A stretch of 64,000 bases of DNA, from assembly GCA_028719205.1 (NCBI GenBank), contig JAQUKH010000002.1, positions 1-64,000 of the forward strand, written 5' to 3'. This stretch comes from a bacterium. GTDB lineage: Bacteria > JACRDZ01 > JAQUKH01. The translations under genes were made by a program, and so were the position numbers. Numbering within the stretch: the first letter of the stretch is position 1; every line of letters begins with the position of its first letter. This document shows, piece after piece, positions 8,848 to 18,010 of this stretch. The notes beneath the pieces were generated by a model. The model was not told where the DNA came from and did no database searches. It saw only the letters and a program-made list of their open reading frames with translations.

Positions 8848-10020
8848 TTATGCCCGGCCTTTTGGAGACGCCGTAAGGCGGCCGTAAGTCAGCGTGTATT
8901 CTCCAAAACGGTCGTTTATTTCATCCATATGTTTTATCAGCCCGTTTTTTTTCTCGTCATCATCAAATAATGAATATTGGTGGTAATATTTTGAAAGATT
9001 TGAGAGGCTTACGCCGAATAATCTTACGGGTTGTGTGAGATTTATTGTATCAAGGATTATAAGCGCCGTATTGTAAATGTCAAGGTCATGGCTGATATAT
9101 TTTTTTATCGTAAGCTGTTTTGAAAAAGTGGTAAAATCTTTATATCTTACTGTAAGTGTGACCGTTTTCCCGAAATACCCGTAACGCCTCGCACGCCTCC
9201 CGACCATTTCGGAAAGCTCGAGAAGATATTTTTGTATCGTGTCACTGTCCCGGACATCCTTTGCGTAAGTCATACTGTGCCCTATGGATTTTACCTCCTC
9301 ATCCTCATCGAACGGCACCACAGGGCTTTCATCTATTCCCAAGGCCATATCATGCAGCCTTTCACCTATGACCCCAAATTTATTTTTTAATATTTCAACG
9401 GAATATTTTCCAAGATCAGAGCATGTCTTTATTCCCATCAAATTAAGATGAGCCGTTAATTTCTCGCCTATTCCGCAAATATCGGAAACAGGCAGGACTT
9501 TTATAAAATTATTCACGTCATCTTTTTCTACTATAACCAGCCCGTCGGGTTTTTTCATGTCGCTCGCGATCTTCGCGAGAAGTTTATTCGGAGCGATACC
9601 TATGGAACACAAAAGCCCGAGTTCGTCTTTTATCCGCTTTTTTAGTGAAAGAGCGATCTCTTTTTCCCCATGAAACAGTTTGATGGAGTGAGTGATATCT
9701 AAAAATGATTCGTCTATTGAAAAGACCTCGACCTCAGGCGTATATTCCTTCAATATTTTTATGATCCTTGATGAGGTATCGGTGTATTTGCGGTTATCGC
9801 CTACTACGAGAATAATTTCAGGACAGAGTTTTTTTGCCTCGTATTTTGTCATGCCGGTCTTGACGCCGTACGCCCTTGCCTCATAGGAGCAGGTGGTTAC
9901 GACCGTGCGTTCACTCGAGCCGATAACAGCGATTGGTTTGCCTCTAAGATTAGGATTGCACACCTGTTCCACGGAGGCGAAAAAGGCGTTGATGTCGATG
10001 TGAATTATTCTTCGGTTCAT
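8848..10020 (-). CDS. dinB: DNA polymerase IV (Y family)
   Basis: HIDINAFFASVE, SYEARAYGV, SIDE, AKIASD..KPDG. Confidence 0.95.
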   Translation of the reverse strand: MNRRIIHIDINAFFASVEQVCNPNLRGKPIAVIGSSERTVVTTCSYEARAYGVKTGMTKYEAKKLCPEIILVVGDNRKYTDTSSRIIKILKEYTPEVEVFSIDESFLDITHSIKLFHGEKEIALSLKKRIKDELGLLCSIGIAPNKLLAKIASDMKKPDGLVIVEKDDVNNFIKVLPVSDICGIGEKLTAHLNLMGIKTCSDLGKYSVEILKNKFGVIGERLHDMALGIDESPVVPFDEDEEVKSIGHSMTYAKDVRDSDTIQKYLLELSEMVGRRARRYGYFGKTVTLTVRYKDFTTFSKQLTIKKYISHDLDIYNTALIILDTINLTQPVRLFGVSLSNLSKYYHQYSLFDDDEKKNGLIKHMDEINDRFGEYTLTYGRLTASPKGRA

Positions 10021-10098
10021 TTTTATCTCTGTTTTAAAAGGTATACATATTCTTACATGTTATATTATTTTTACATATTTATCAATGGGGAAATTAAG

Positions 10099-10117
10099 GG
10101 AGGGGATTAGGGGTGGT
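10099..10117. repeat. Half copy of REP-like element
   Basis: GGAGGGGATTAGGGGTGGT, identical to 27450-27468. Confidence 0.7.
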
Positions 10118-10127
10118 GGGAAATAAA

Positions 10128-10155
10128 TTGACATAGGTAAACTTAGTTATATAAT
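10128..10155 (+). promoter_or_regulatory. Consensus sigma70 promoter, probably leaderless transcript
   Basis: TTGACA-16 nt-TATAAT, 6 nt before ATG 10162; no SD sequence. Confidence 0.7.
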
Positions 10156-10161
10156 AAAACA

Positions 10162-10488
10162 ATGCCAATAAAAATTAATAATATCTTTAAAAATATACCG
10201 GATAATTTACCTGATGAGTTAACAGAGATCCTTTTGTCAAAAGGTGATGTGAAGATCGAGAAGATAGTTTCAAAAGGGCATTCGTCGCCGGATGGTTTCT
10301 GGTATGACCAGGATAAAAATGAATTTGTGCTTTTAGTGGAAGGTAAGGCTAAATTGATTTTTGAAAATAAAAAGGGATCCATAATTTTGGAAAAGGGCGA
10401 TTATGTAAATATACCGGCTCATGCTAAACACAGGGTTGAATGGACTGACCCGGAAAATGAAACGATCTGGCTCGCGGTATATTATTAA
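10162..10488 (+). CDS. Cupin-domain protein
   Basis: IEKIVSKGHSSP..FWYDQ...EFV...G.A; IPAH.KHRVEWT. Confidence 0.9.
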   Translation: MPIKINNIFKNIPDNLPDELTEILLSKGDVKIEKIVSKGHSSPDGFWYDQDKNEFVLLVEGKAKLIFENKKGSIILEKGDYVNIPAHAKHRVEWTDPENETIWLAVYY

Positions 10489-10498
10489 GAAACCAATT

Positions 10499-10840
10499 AT
10501 GAAAAATTCAGAATTATGGATAAGTTCAAAAAAATTCAACAGGGAAAAGGCAACTATTGAAAAGATGTCCGCTATCTTTTGTCATGGCAGGCATTCTTCA
10601 TACGCCCGCCTGCCGGATGGGCAGGGACAGCTATGCCCTTCATGCTCCGAATTATTTAATTATTCTATTGAGCGTATAAAAAAATGCCCTCATGGCATGG
10701 CAAAACCAAGGTGTGCGAAATGCAAGATCCATTGCTATAGGAAAGATATGAGGGCCAGGATGAAAGAAGTTATGAAATATTCAGGCCCCAGGATGCTATA
10801 CCGCCACCCGTGGCTTACATTGATGCATTACTCAAAATAA
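10499..10840 (+). CDS. YgbA-like (nitrous oxide-stimulated promoter family) protein carrying a 7-codon insert
   Basis: REK.TI..M..IFC...H, LCPSC, CP....KPRC.KC.IHCY, VMKYSGPRML..HP. Start moved to ATG 10499. Confidence 0.88.
   Translation: MKNSELWISSKKFNREKATIEKMSAIFCHGRHSSYARLPDGQGQLCPSCSELFNYSIERIKKCPHGMAKPRCAKCKIHCYRKDMRARMKEVMKYSGPRMLYRHPWLTLMHYSK
10605..10625. repeat. CCTGCC/GGCAGG mini-palindrome inside the CDS
   Basis: CCCG-CCTGCC-GGATG-GGCAGG; the reverse complement of 10607-10626 matches 8802-8821 at 19/20 positions. Confidence 0.75.
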
Positions 10841-10878
10841 AATATTCCTTGTTTACGCGTCAATACCGTAGTAAACTT

Positions 10879-10929
10879 GAGTTAAGCGGAAGGTTCTGGC
10901 TTAAAGCCAGGTTCTTCCGTTTTTACTCA
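10879..10929 (+). terminator. Long stem-loop, probable intrinsic terminator
   Basis: GCGGAAG GTT CTGGC TTAAA GCCAG GTT CTTCCGT followed by TTTT. Confidence 0.55.
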
Positions 10930-10980
10930 TTGTTATCCTCGCAGGGGATAGAATATTTTATTAAATATTAGGAGATATCG

Positions 10981-11358
10981 ATGGGAAAAAGTTTCGTTAA
11001 ATTTGCATTATTAACTTCAGTTGCTGTCAGCCTGCTTTTAGCAACAGTACATTTCGTTCGCGATAAACTGCCCTGGTTTGCCGCCATTTATCTGTTTTTG
11101 CTGATTATTTTCCTGGTTTTCCGCGAGCCGGTAATAGCAAAAATAATACAGGGCGCGTTAATACTCGCGGCCTGTGAATGGTTAAGATCCACTTTTTTTC
11201 TTGTGGATCTTCGTATTCAATACGGGGAATCATGGATCAGGCTTGCCATTATCCTTCTTGGCGTGGCAGGTTTTACATTCGCGTCAGTATTTGCTTTCCG
11301 CAATAAATTCCTCAAAGAATTATACGGATTAACGAAAGAATCGAAGCCGGAAAATTAA
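10981..11358 (+). CDS. Small hypothetical membrane protein
   Basis: Four hydrophobic segments; AGGAG RBS. Confidence 0.75.
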   Translation: MGKSFVKFALLTSVAVSLLLATVHFVRDKLPWFAAIYLFLLIIFLVFREPVIAKIIQGALILAACEWLRSTFFLVDLRIQYGESWIRLAIILLGVAGFTFASVFAFRNKFLKELYGLTKESKPEN

Positions 11359-11359
11359 A

Positions 11360-12592
11360 ATGAACATTTATTCCTTTATTATTTTAACCGCGCTTATCGG
11401 GATACAGGTATTGGAAGCAGTTTCTCAACTGCTGAATCTTAAAGCGCTGGTACCTGAATTGCCAAGAGAATTTGAGGGTGTTTATGATCCTGTAGAGTAC
11501 GGGCGCTCACAGAGATACACAAAAACTCATACCATGTTTGATCTGATAGAATCGTTTTTTGACCTCATCGTTCTGATTTCTTTCTGGTTTCTGGGTGGTT
11601 TTAACTGGCTGGATGTCTGGGTGCGAAGCGGCAATTATCACCCTATTGTCAGCGGGCTTGCCTATTTCGGCATTTTAACGCTTTTTAAATATATTTATTC
11701 ACTGCCGTTCAGTATTTATTCCACATTTGTTATAGAAGAAAAATTCGGATTTAATAAAACTACTGTCCGTACCTTTATAGAGGACAATCTTAAAATGGTT
11801 TTTTTAACGGCGTTGTTAGGCGGATCGATCTTAGCCGGGCTTCTGGTGTTTTTTGAATCGGCAGGTTCCCTGGCATGGCTGTATGGATGGGCGGGAGTGA
11901 CCGTATTTATTATCGGCATCCAGTTTATAGTGCCTGCCTGGATAATGCCGCTTTTTAATAAATTTACACCCCTCGAGGATGGCGGGCTCAAATCAGCGAT
12001 AATGGATTATGCCCGTTCAGTTAAGTTTCCTTTGCAGGGGATTTTCAAGATGGACGGTTCCAAACGTTCCACGAAATCAAACGCTTTTTTTACAGGATTC
12101 GGGAAAAATAAACGTATTGTATTATTTGATACTTTAATAGAAAAACACCCGGCTAAAGAATTAGTTTCAATACTGGCGCACGAGATCGGCCATTATAAGA
12201 AAAAACATATTATTAAAGGTATGATGATCAATATACTTCAAATCGGCATATTTTTTTATTTGCTGTCTTTTTTTATAAGCAGGAAAGAAATATTTGACGC
12301 CTTTTTTATGTCAAATATGTCGATCTACGCGGGCTTCCTTTTTTTTGGAATGCTTTTTGCGCCGATATCTTTTGTTTTATCCATACTAACACAGATCTTT
12401 TCAAGGATGAATGAATATGCCGCTGACCGTTTTGCGGTTGAGACAACTAACGATCCGGAATCTCTTATTAACTCGTTAAAGAAACTTGCTGTTTCTAATT
12501 TGTCAAATCTTACGCCGCATCCATTCTATGTTTTTCTGCATTTTTCCCACCCGCCTCTTCTCGAGCGGATTGCAAGCATGAAGCAAAAATGA
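11360..12592 (+). CDS. M48 (Ste24-like) membrane zinc metallopeptidase
   Basis: DGSKRS..SNAFFTG, HEIGH, EY.AD, SHPP..ERI. Confidence 0.95.
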   Translation: MNIYSFIILTALIGIQVLEAVSQLLNLKALVPELPREFEGVYDPVEYGRSQRYTKTHTMFDLIESFFDLIVLISFWFLGGFNWLDVWVRSGNYHPIVSGLAYFGILTLFKYIYSLPFSIYSTFVIEEKFGFNKTTVRTFIEDNLKMVFLTALLGGSILAGLLVFFESAGSLAWLYGWAGVTVFIIGIQFIVPAWIMPLFNKFTPLEDGGLKSAIMDYARSVKFPLQGIFKMDGSKRSTKSNAFFTGFGKNKRIVLFDTLIEKHPAKELVSILAHEIGHYKKKHIIKGMMINILQIGIFFYLLSFFISRKEIFDAFFMSNMSIYAGFLFFGMLFAPISFVLSILTQIFSRMNEYAADRFAVETTNDPESLINSLKKLAVSNLSNLTPHPFYVFLHFSHPPLLERIASMKQK

Positions 12593-12606
12593 TATACTGA
12601 ATAATA

Positions 12607-13551
12607 ATGAAAAAAATAATTATATCGGCAATAATTTTATTATTTTATTCAACGATTACAGAGGCGGAAGTAAAAAATAAAATTTTATATGATAATAAGG
12701 TTTTTGACCTGTGCGGTAATTTATTGGATCCTCTTTATAATAACACAGGCAATAGTGAATGGTGTGATTACGCCGCTATCTGGGAAATTGAAAGAGACGT
12801 ATTATGTCTTCTGGGGCTCGATAATTCAATATCTGTCGGATCACCTGATTATAAGAAAGCGGATATGAAAGAACTTTTTGGTGAAAGGTACCGGGATGGA
12901 AAGGTAAAAGCAGTGTGGTTTACCGGAGACTTGCGAGTACCTGACGGCAGGGTGTTCCTGCAGGTCAATAATGAATATATCTATGAAAGAGATATCATAA
13001 TATCAGTTGATGCCGGAAAAATTACTAATAAAATAGTAATTGATAATACGAAAAAAAAGGATTTATCTGAAAAAAGATCAATGCTTATCCCGATCATAGA
13101 GCCTGATAAGAGCTTATTTGGCATACCTTATGGGACGGGAGAAGATGAGTTTATAGCGCGGTTTGGCCAGCCAATGAGAAGTAATAGATCGGGAAAAACA
13201 GGAAGGGAGATGATGTACGGGAAAAAATATATATTCGTGTTTGAAAAAACAAAGCTTGCAGGAATGAAGACAATTTATTCTGAACATGAAGTGTATCAAA
13301 TAATACCAACACACAATACCTTTGATTATTTAGAATGGAAATTAAGTAATGGTATTACAAAAAATATGAACCTTGCCGAGGTTAAAAAAATCCTGGGAAA
13401 CAACGCAGGTGAATTCGAGAATAAAGGGATCCCGAAATTTTACTTTACCACTGTTAAAGCGCGAATAGAAATTAGTTTGAGACATGAAGCTGAGAGGGAA
13501 AATACAGATGAGGCCTATATCGTATCGGAAATATCAGTCAAGCTTAAATAG
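12607..13551 (+). CDS. Exported hypothetical two-domain protein, paralogous to the next gene
   Basis: Signal peptide; ELFGE...DGKVKAVWFTGDLRVPDG shared with 13508-14086. Confidence 0.75.
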   Translation: MKKIIISAIILLFYSTITEAEVKNKILYDNKVFDLCGNLLDPLYNNTGNSEWCDYAAIWEIERDVLCLLGLDNSISVGSPDYKKADMKELFGERYRDGKVKAVWFTGDLRVPDGRVFLQVNNEYIYERDIIISVDAGKITNKIVIDNTKKKDLSEKRSMLIPIIEPDKSLFGIPYGTGEDEFIARFGQPMRSNRSGKTGREMMYGKKYIFVFEKTKLAGMKTIYSEHEVYQIIPTHNTFDYLEWKLSNGITKNMNLAEVKKILGNNAGEFENKGIPKFYFTTVKARIEISLRHEAERENTDEAYIVSEISVKLK

Positions 13552-14086
13552 TTTTATAATTTTATTTATTTTATTGTTACCGTCAATAGCTTTTTCTAAC
13601 GCTCAGGCACCGGATATCATATTATATGAAGATAAAGTTTATGAACTGTTCTGCAATCCGCTGGAGTTTTTATATGCCAAAGAAGGAGGGAGGCCTTATT
13701 TCAGGGAAAAACCATATAATTATTTAAGTTCGGGAAACTGGCGGGGTTATGTCGCTTTTTGGGAGGCCAAAGAAGATACATTATACCTTATTGGAATTGA
13801 AGCCTGGACCGCCGATTCTAAATTCGTGAAGACGACTGAATGCAGAAAAGTTGATTTAAAAGAATTATTTGGAGAAAAATGTGTGGATGGAAAGGTTAAG
13901 GCAATATGGTTTACCGGTGAACTTAGAATACCGGACGGGAAAATGATCAAGGATGTAAATTCAGGTTATAATTCAATATACGAAAAAGATATTATCCTGA
14001 CGGTTGAAACAGGAAAAGTCATAAATAAAAAAATTATCGATAATACACAAAAGGAAACTCCTTCAAAATCAGAACCTGAAAAATAG
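13508..14086 (+). CDS. Exported hypothetical protein
   Basis: Hydrophobic leader then AQAPD; NPLE, WRGY.A.WE, WFTGELRIPDG. Start uncertain. Confidence 0.75.
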   Translation: MRPISYRKYQSSLNSFIILFILLLPSIAFSNAQAPDIILYEDKVYELFCNPLEFLYAKEGGRPYFREKPYNYLSSGNWRGYVAFWEAKEDTLYLIGIEAWTADSKFVKTTECRKVDLKELFGEKCVDGKVKAIWFTGELRIPDGKMIKDVNSGYNSIYEKDIILTVETGKVINKKIIDNTQKETPSKSEPEK

Positions 14087-14098
14087 GGCTTTAAATTT

Positions 14099-14323
14099 CT
14101 AATAATTTTTGTTTTCAAGTCCATCAAGACGAATATTTATTGTTTCTGTAAGATTGTTATCAATGTGTGCTTTTTCTTTTTCGCTAGATCTTTTTTCTTT
14201 TTTATTTGCAAAAAAAAGCATTAAAGCTACAATCCCGGCTAAAAAGATCTTCAAAATAAGATTAAAATATTTTAGATGTTTTCCCTGCGTATTATATTTT
14301 CCATTTAATAATCTTATTGCCAT
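14099..14323 (-). CDS. Small single-pass membrane protein downstream of hypD
   Basis: AGGA RBS just after the hypD stop; one hydrophobic helix. Confidence 0.45.
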   Translation of the reverse strand: MAIRLLNGKYNTQGKHLKYFNLILKIFLAGIVALMLFFANKKEKRSSEKEKAHIDNNLTETINIRLDGLENKNY

Positions 14324-14339
14324 TTGGTGGTCCTAAATT

Positions 14340-15425
14340 TTAGATATATTTGTAATAAGCCGCACAAGTGCCTTCGCTTGACACCATGCAGGGCCCGATC
14401 GCTTTCTGTGGTGTGCATTGTTTCCCGAAAAGCGGGCATTCTTCAGGTGTTTTTAATCCCATTAATATTTTCCCGCAAAGGCAATTTTTTGGCTCTTTTG
14501 GTTTGTTTATTTTAATATTGAATTTTGATCTGGAAGAAAAGGCATTATAATCTTTTCTAAATATCAATCCTGAGCCAGGAATATTGCCTATTGCTCTCCA
14601 TTCAGACGCGGATTTTTCAAATACTTCATCTAATAATTTCTGCGCTTTTGTATTGCCTTCCGGTTTGATCGTGCGGCTATACTGGATCTCTATTTTTGGC
14701 CGGTTTGTTTTTATTTGTTTTAAAATGAGATAAATAGAATATAGGATATCTACTGGTTCAAATCCGCTGATCACACCTGTAAGCCCGAATTCTTTGGATA
14801 AAAATTCGTAAGGATAGCTTCCTATAATCACGCTTACGTGGCCGGGAAGCAGAAACGCGTTTAGCCGCAAAGAACGATTATCCGCGATTAAGCGCAGGGC
14901 GGGGGGTACAGTTTTAAACGCGGGGACAATAAACAGGTTTTTAATATTTTCCTTTTTCGCGCGTGTAACCACGGCGGCGGCAAGAGGAGATGTAGTTTCA
15001 AAACCTATTCCCGCGAAAACAATGTTTTTCCCCGGATTATCCCGCGCAAGGCCTAAAAGTTCCAGCGGAGAATAAATAATTCTTACATCAGAACCTTCAC
15101 TTCGCATCTTTTCTAAAGTTGTTCTTGACCCGGGAACTCTTATCATATCCCCGAAACTTGCAATTATAGTGTCGGTTTTTAAAGATATTTCAATTATCTC
15201 GTCTATGATTTCAGCCGGGGTAACACATACCGGGCAGCCCGGGCCGGAAATAAGCTTAATTGACGGAGGCAGCAGTTCGCGTATGCCATATTGTGCGATA
15301 GCCATGGTATGCGTGCCGCAAACTTCCATTATATTAACCGGCTTGTCAGCAAGCTGATGGATATTATTTACGATTTTTTTTATTAGTGCCGGATTCCGGA
15401 AGTTTTTTGAATTCATCGATCTCAT
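14340..15425 (-). CDS. hypD: Hydrogenase maturation protein HypD
   Basis: MEVCGTH, GPGCPVC, GFETT, PGHV, GPCMVSSEGTC. Confidence 0.97.
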   Translation of the reverse strand: MRSMNSKNFRNPALIKKIVNNIHQLADKPVNIMEVCGTHTMAIAQYGIRELLPPSIKLISGPGCPVCVTPAEIIDEIIEISLKTDTIIASFGDMIRVPGSRTTLEKMRSEGSDVRIIYSPLELLGLARDNPGKNIVFAGIGFETTSPLAAAVVTRAKKENIKNLFIVPAFKTVPPALRLIADNRSLRLNAFLLPGHVSVIIGSYPYEFLSKEFGLTGVISGFEPVDILYSIYLILKQIKTNRPKIEIQYSRTIKPEGNTKAQKLLDEVFEKSASEWRAIGNIPGSGLIFRKDYNAFSSRSKFNIKINKPKEPKNCLCGKILMGLKTPEECPLFGKQCTPQKAIGPCMVSSEGTCAAYYKYI

Positions 15426-15621
15426 TCAGCAGTTTTAATGTTTCTAAAGCATCATCTTTATCTATTTTACTTATTGCAAACCCGGCATGCACCAGAACAT
15501 AGTCGCCGATCTTTGCGTCAGATAAAAGATCTAATGCAGACTCTTTTTTTATTCCGCCAAAATCAACTACGGCTGTATTTTTATCGATTTTTATAATTTT
15601 TCCGGGTATTGCTAAACACAT
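15364..15621 (-). CDS. hypC: Hydrogenase chaperone HypC
   Basis: MCLAIPG; GDYVLVHAGFAI. Confidence 0.96.
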   Translation of the reverse strand: MCLAIPGKIIKIDKNTAVVDFGGIKKESALDLLSDAKIGDYVLVHAGFAISKIDKDDALETLKLLNEIDEFKKLPESGTNKKNRK

Positions 15622-15677
15622 AATGTTATTTTTCTTAAATTTTTCTACTTTATTTTATTATTATTTGAACCTTTTTC

Positions 15678-16586
15678 CTAAATATCCTTACTTCTCTCCC
15701 ACCATTCATCAAATGGCGGAAAATTTACAGTTCTTTTTACCTCACTATATTGCCCTCTTGCAACAGTATCAGTTGATGGCATGTTATAACATATATTTTC
15801 TGAAATAATCCATCTGTCGTGAATATCAGCATTCAATTTATTATCGATTATAATCCTTAATTCGCATTTTATACCATCATTTTTGAGTTCTTTCTTTAAA
15901 TCTTTATACAAAGATATGAATTTCTCATCCACTCTTTCTGACGACATTAAAATTTTAATACTTTTTACTTTGCTGGTATTAAGTGACTCCAATAACCAAT
16001 CTAACCCCGCCCTTGAAAAATATTTGTCTATCCAATAAATGTGTTTTTTGCAAGAACTAATAATATCCCTGATTGTTTTTTTGTTTGAAAATGGTTTTCC
16101 GGGTAACAGCAATTTGGCATCTAATGGCCTATGTATAACTTCAAAAATCGTCCTTATTTTCTTATCGTGTGATTGAACCTCATCTTCCAATTGATTCAAT
16201 CTGTTGAGTATTCCTTTATTTGTAGAAACTAATTTTCTTATATTAACAAATACCCGCATTATACCAATGTTTACCTGAATAGCCCTTTTACTGTTAAGAA
16301 CACTGGAAAGCATAGCAACACCCTGTTCAGTAAAAACATAAGGCAAATATCTAATACCGCCCCATCTTGAGGTTTCAAATTGAAACCTCAAGTCAACAAA
16401 CTCTTCTTTTGTTAATTGAAACATAAAATCATATGGAAATCTGTCTAGATTTCTTTTTACGGCAAGATTAAGTGCTTTTGTTTTCACTCCATAAAGTTCA
16501 GCAAGGTCTCTATCTAACATTACATTTAGTCCCCTAATTAAAAATATTTTTCTCTCCACGATTTCTTGTTTAATAATTTCTGTCAT
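15678..16586 (-). CDS. ORF6N (KilA-N-like) DNA-binding domain fused to a PLD-like domain
   Basis: VMLDRDLAELYGV.TK.LN.AVKRN..RFP.DFMFQL; coiled coil; WIDKY...IHDRWII. Confidence 0.8.
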   Translation of the reverse strand: MTEIIKQEIVERKIFLIRGLNVMLDRDLAELYGVKTKALNLAVKRNLDRFPYDFMFQLTKEEFVDLRFQFETSRWGGIRYLPYVFTEQGVAMLSSVLNSKRAIQVNIGIMRVFVNIRKLVSTNKGILNRLNQLEDEVQSHDKKIRTIFEVIHRPLDAKLLLPGKPFSNKKTIRDIISSCKKHIYWIDKYFSRAGLDWLLESLNTSKVKSIKILMSSERVDEKFISLYKDLKKELKNDGIKCELRIIIDNKLNADIHDRWIISENICYNMPSTDTVARGQYSEVKRTVNFPPFDEWWERSKDI

Positions 16587-16610
16587 AATTTCTTTTTATT
16601 TTAAAACTAT

Positions 16611-17999
16611 TTATTTTGTAAGCATCTTCTCAATTTCTTTTTCAACAAGCTCCTTTGCTCCTTGTAGTTTTTGCTTTGCTTCTTTTTTGGCTTGATTTGC
16701 TTGTACAACTTTATCTGCTAACTTATTTTGCCATTCTAAATCTGGCTTTCCATTTTTGTTTTGCGGGATAAAAACCTTATATTTTACAATATCCTGAGGA
16801 TATATTTCTCTTTGCGCTGAACCGGAAGCCCGTTGATCGGTTTGCATTAAACCTGCGGGTGAGTTTAAGAATAAAGCCAGATAAACAGGATTACAAATTT
16901 TATTATCAGGCCTAATAATAGCTACATGATTACTCGCAATACCTTTTATATTCTCTAAATACACATTTGTTCTGCCTACATAAGCACCAGTCGAATACAT
17001 TAAAACGTCATATTGCTGCAATTTTGCTTTTGTTGTATTCGCTTCTTCGTAGAACAATTTGGAAGTTCTTTCACTGTTTTCAATATCAATCTCAGTTGGC
17101 CCGAGGTGCTTGCTATTAATTACGAGTATCTCTCCTTTATCAACATATAGCGGCTGTACACCGCGATTAGGCAAAGGGCAAAACTCGCCAAGTTTTTTTG
17201 CCCCAGCCTTATTTAATTGCTTAATCAGATACTCAAATTTTGGCTGATAAAACTCCGGATCAAGACGTTCGTTTTCAGAAATAATTTTGCTTGAGGCTGA
17301 ATAATTTAAAATATGCTGTGTATCGACTTTATTCCATTCCAACCTTTCAAGAAGTTCCTGTTCTGCATTGCTGTAATAATTTTTAGTTTTTTCAATATTT
17401 TCATATAAACATCTGCATGATTTATCAATCTCTTTTTGGAAAACGGTTGGCAAGATTGGGATTAAGACTGCATTTATATCCTCAGTATAAATCTCTGTTT
17501 GTCCCGAAGAACCTCTTGCCATTGTATCAAGCTGGACATATCCATACTTGGAAAGTAAATATACTGCTAAATAATATTTTGAAATATTTTTTAATTCTGT
17601 AATTTTTGTAATATGTCCATCTATTATATATTTATTATTATTTTTCATCAAAATTGCTGAACGTCCCAAAGTGCCTCTGCCAGTTGAATTAATTAAAATG
17701 TCGCCATATCTTGCTTCTGATTCGGGATTTTTTATCATAAAACTACTTTCTGTATATTCACAAGATTCATCTACAAAACCATTTTTTATTTTTGCCGATT
17801 TTATTACATGCACATCTCCTTGCTCAGTGTAAACCGGTAACTTACCTCTATTAATTTTAGGATTAAAATAGCTAATATTTTTACTATCGATATCCTTCAA
17901 ATTTTTTAATAGATTAGTATATGTAGGTTTATATATTTCAGGATCAAGTCTTAATCCTAAAACTAATTTTTTTGAACTAATTGCTTGCCAAACTGCCAT
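16611..17999 (-). CDS. Restriction-modification specificity (S) subunit with two TRDs
   Basis: Internal repeat RLDPE.Y.P ... D.L..STG...GR ... YLA..L.S..G..Q....A.GS..Q.EIY. Confidence 0.85.
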   Translation of the reverse strand: MAVWQAISSKKLVLGLRLDPEIYKPTYTNLLKNLKDIDSKNISYFNPKINRGKLPVYTEQGDVHVIKSAKIKNGFVDESCEYTESSFMIKNPESEARYGDILINSTGRGTLGRSAILMKNNNKYIIDGHITKITELKNISKYYLAVYLLSKYGYVQLDTMARGSSGQTEIYTEDINAVLIPILPTVFQKEIDKSCRCLYENIEKTKNYYSNAEQELLERLEWNKVDTQHILNYSASSKIISENERLDPEFYQPKFEYLIKQLNKAGAKKLGEFCPLPNRGVQPLYVDKGEILVINSKHLGPTEIDIENSERTSKLFYEEANTTKAKLQQYDVLMYSTGAYVGRTNVYLENIKGIASNHVAIIRPDNKICNPVYLALFLNSPAGLMQTDQRASGSAQREIYPQDIVKYKVFIPQNKNGKPDLEWQNKLADKVVQANQAKKEAKQKLQGAKELVEKEIEKMLTK

Positions 18000-18010
18000 A
18001 ATTCCTCTGT

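Noticed and set aside
10850-10951. Three consecutive hairpins as a riboswitch
   Set aside because: No match to aptamer cores I recognise; the main stem plus T run is explained as a terminator.
15364-15425. hypC/hypD overlap (62 nt) as a programmed frameshift
   Set aside because: Both ORFs are complete with their own starts; overlap of these genes needs no recoding.
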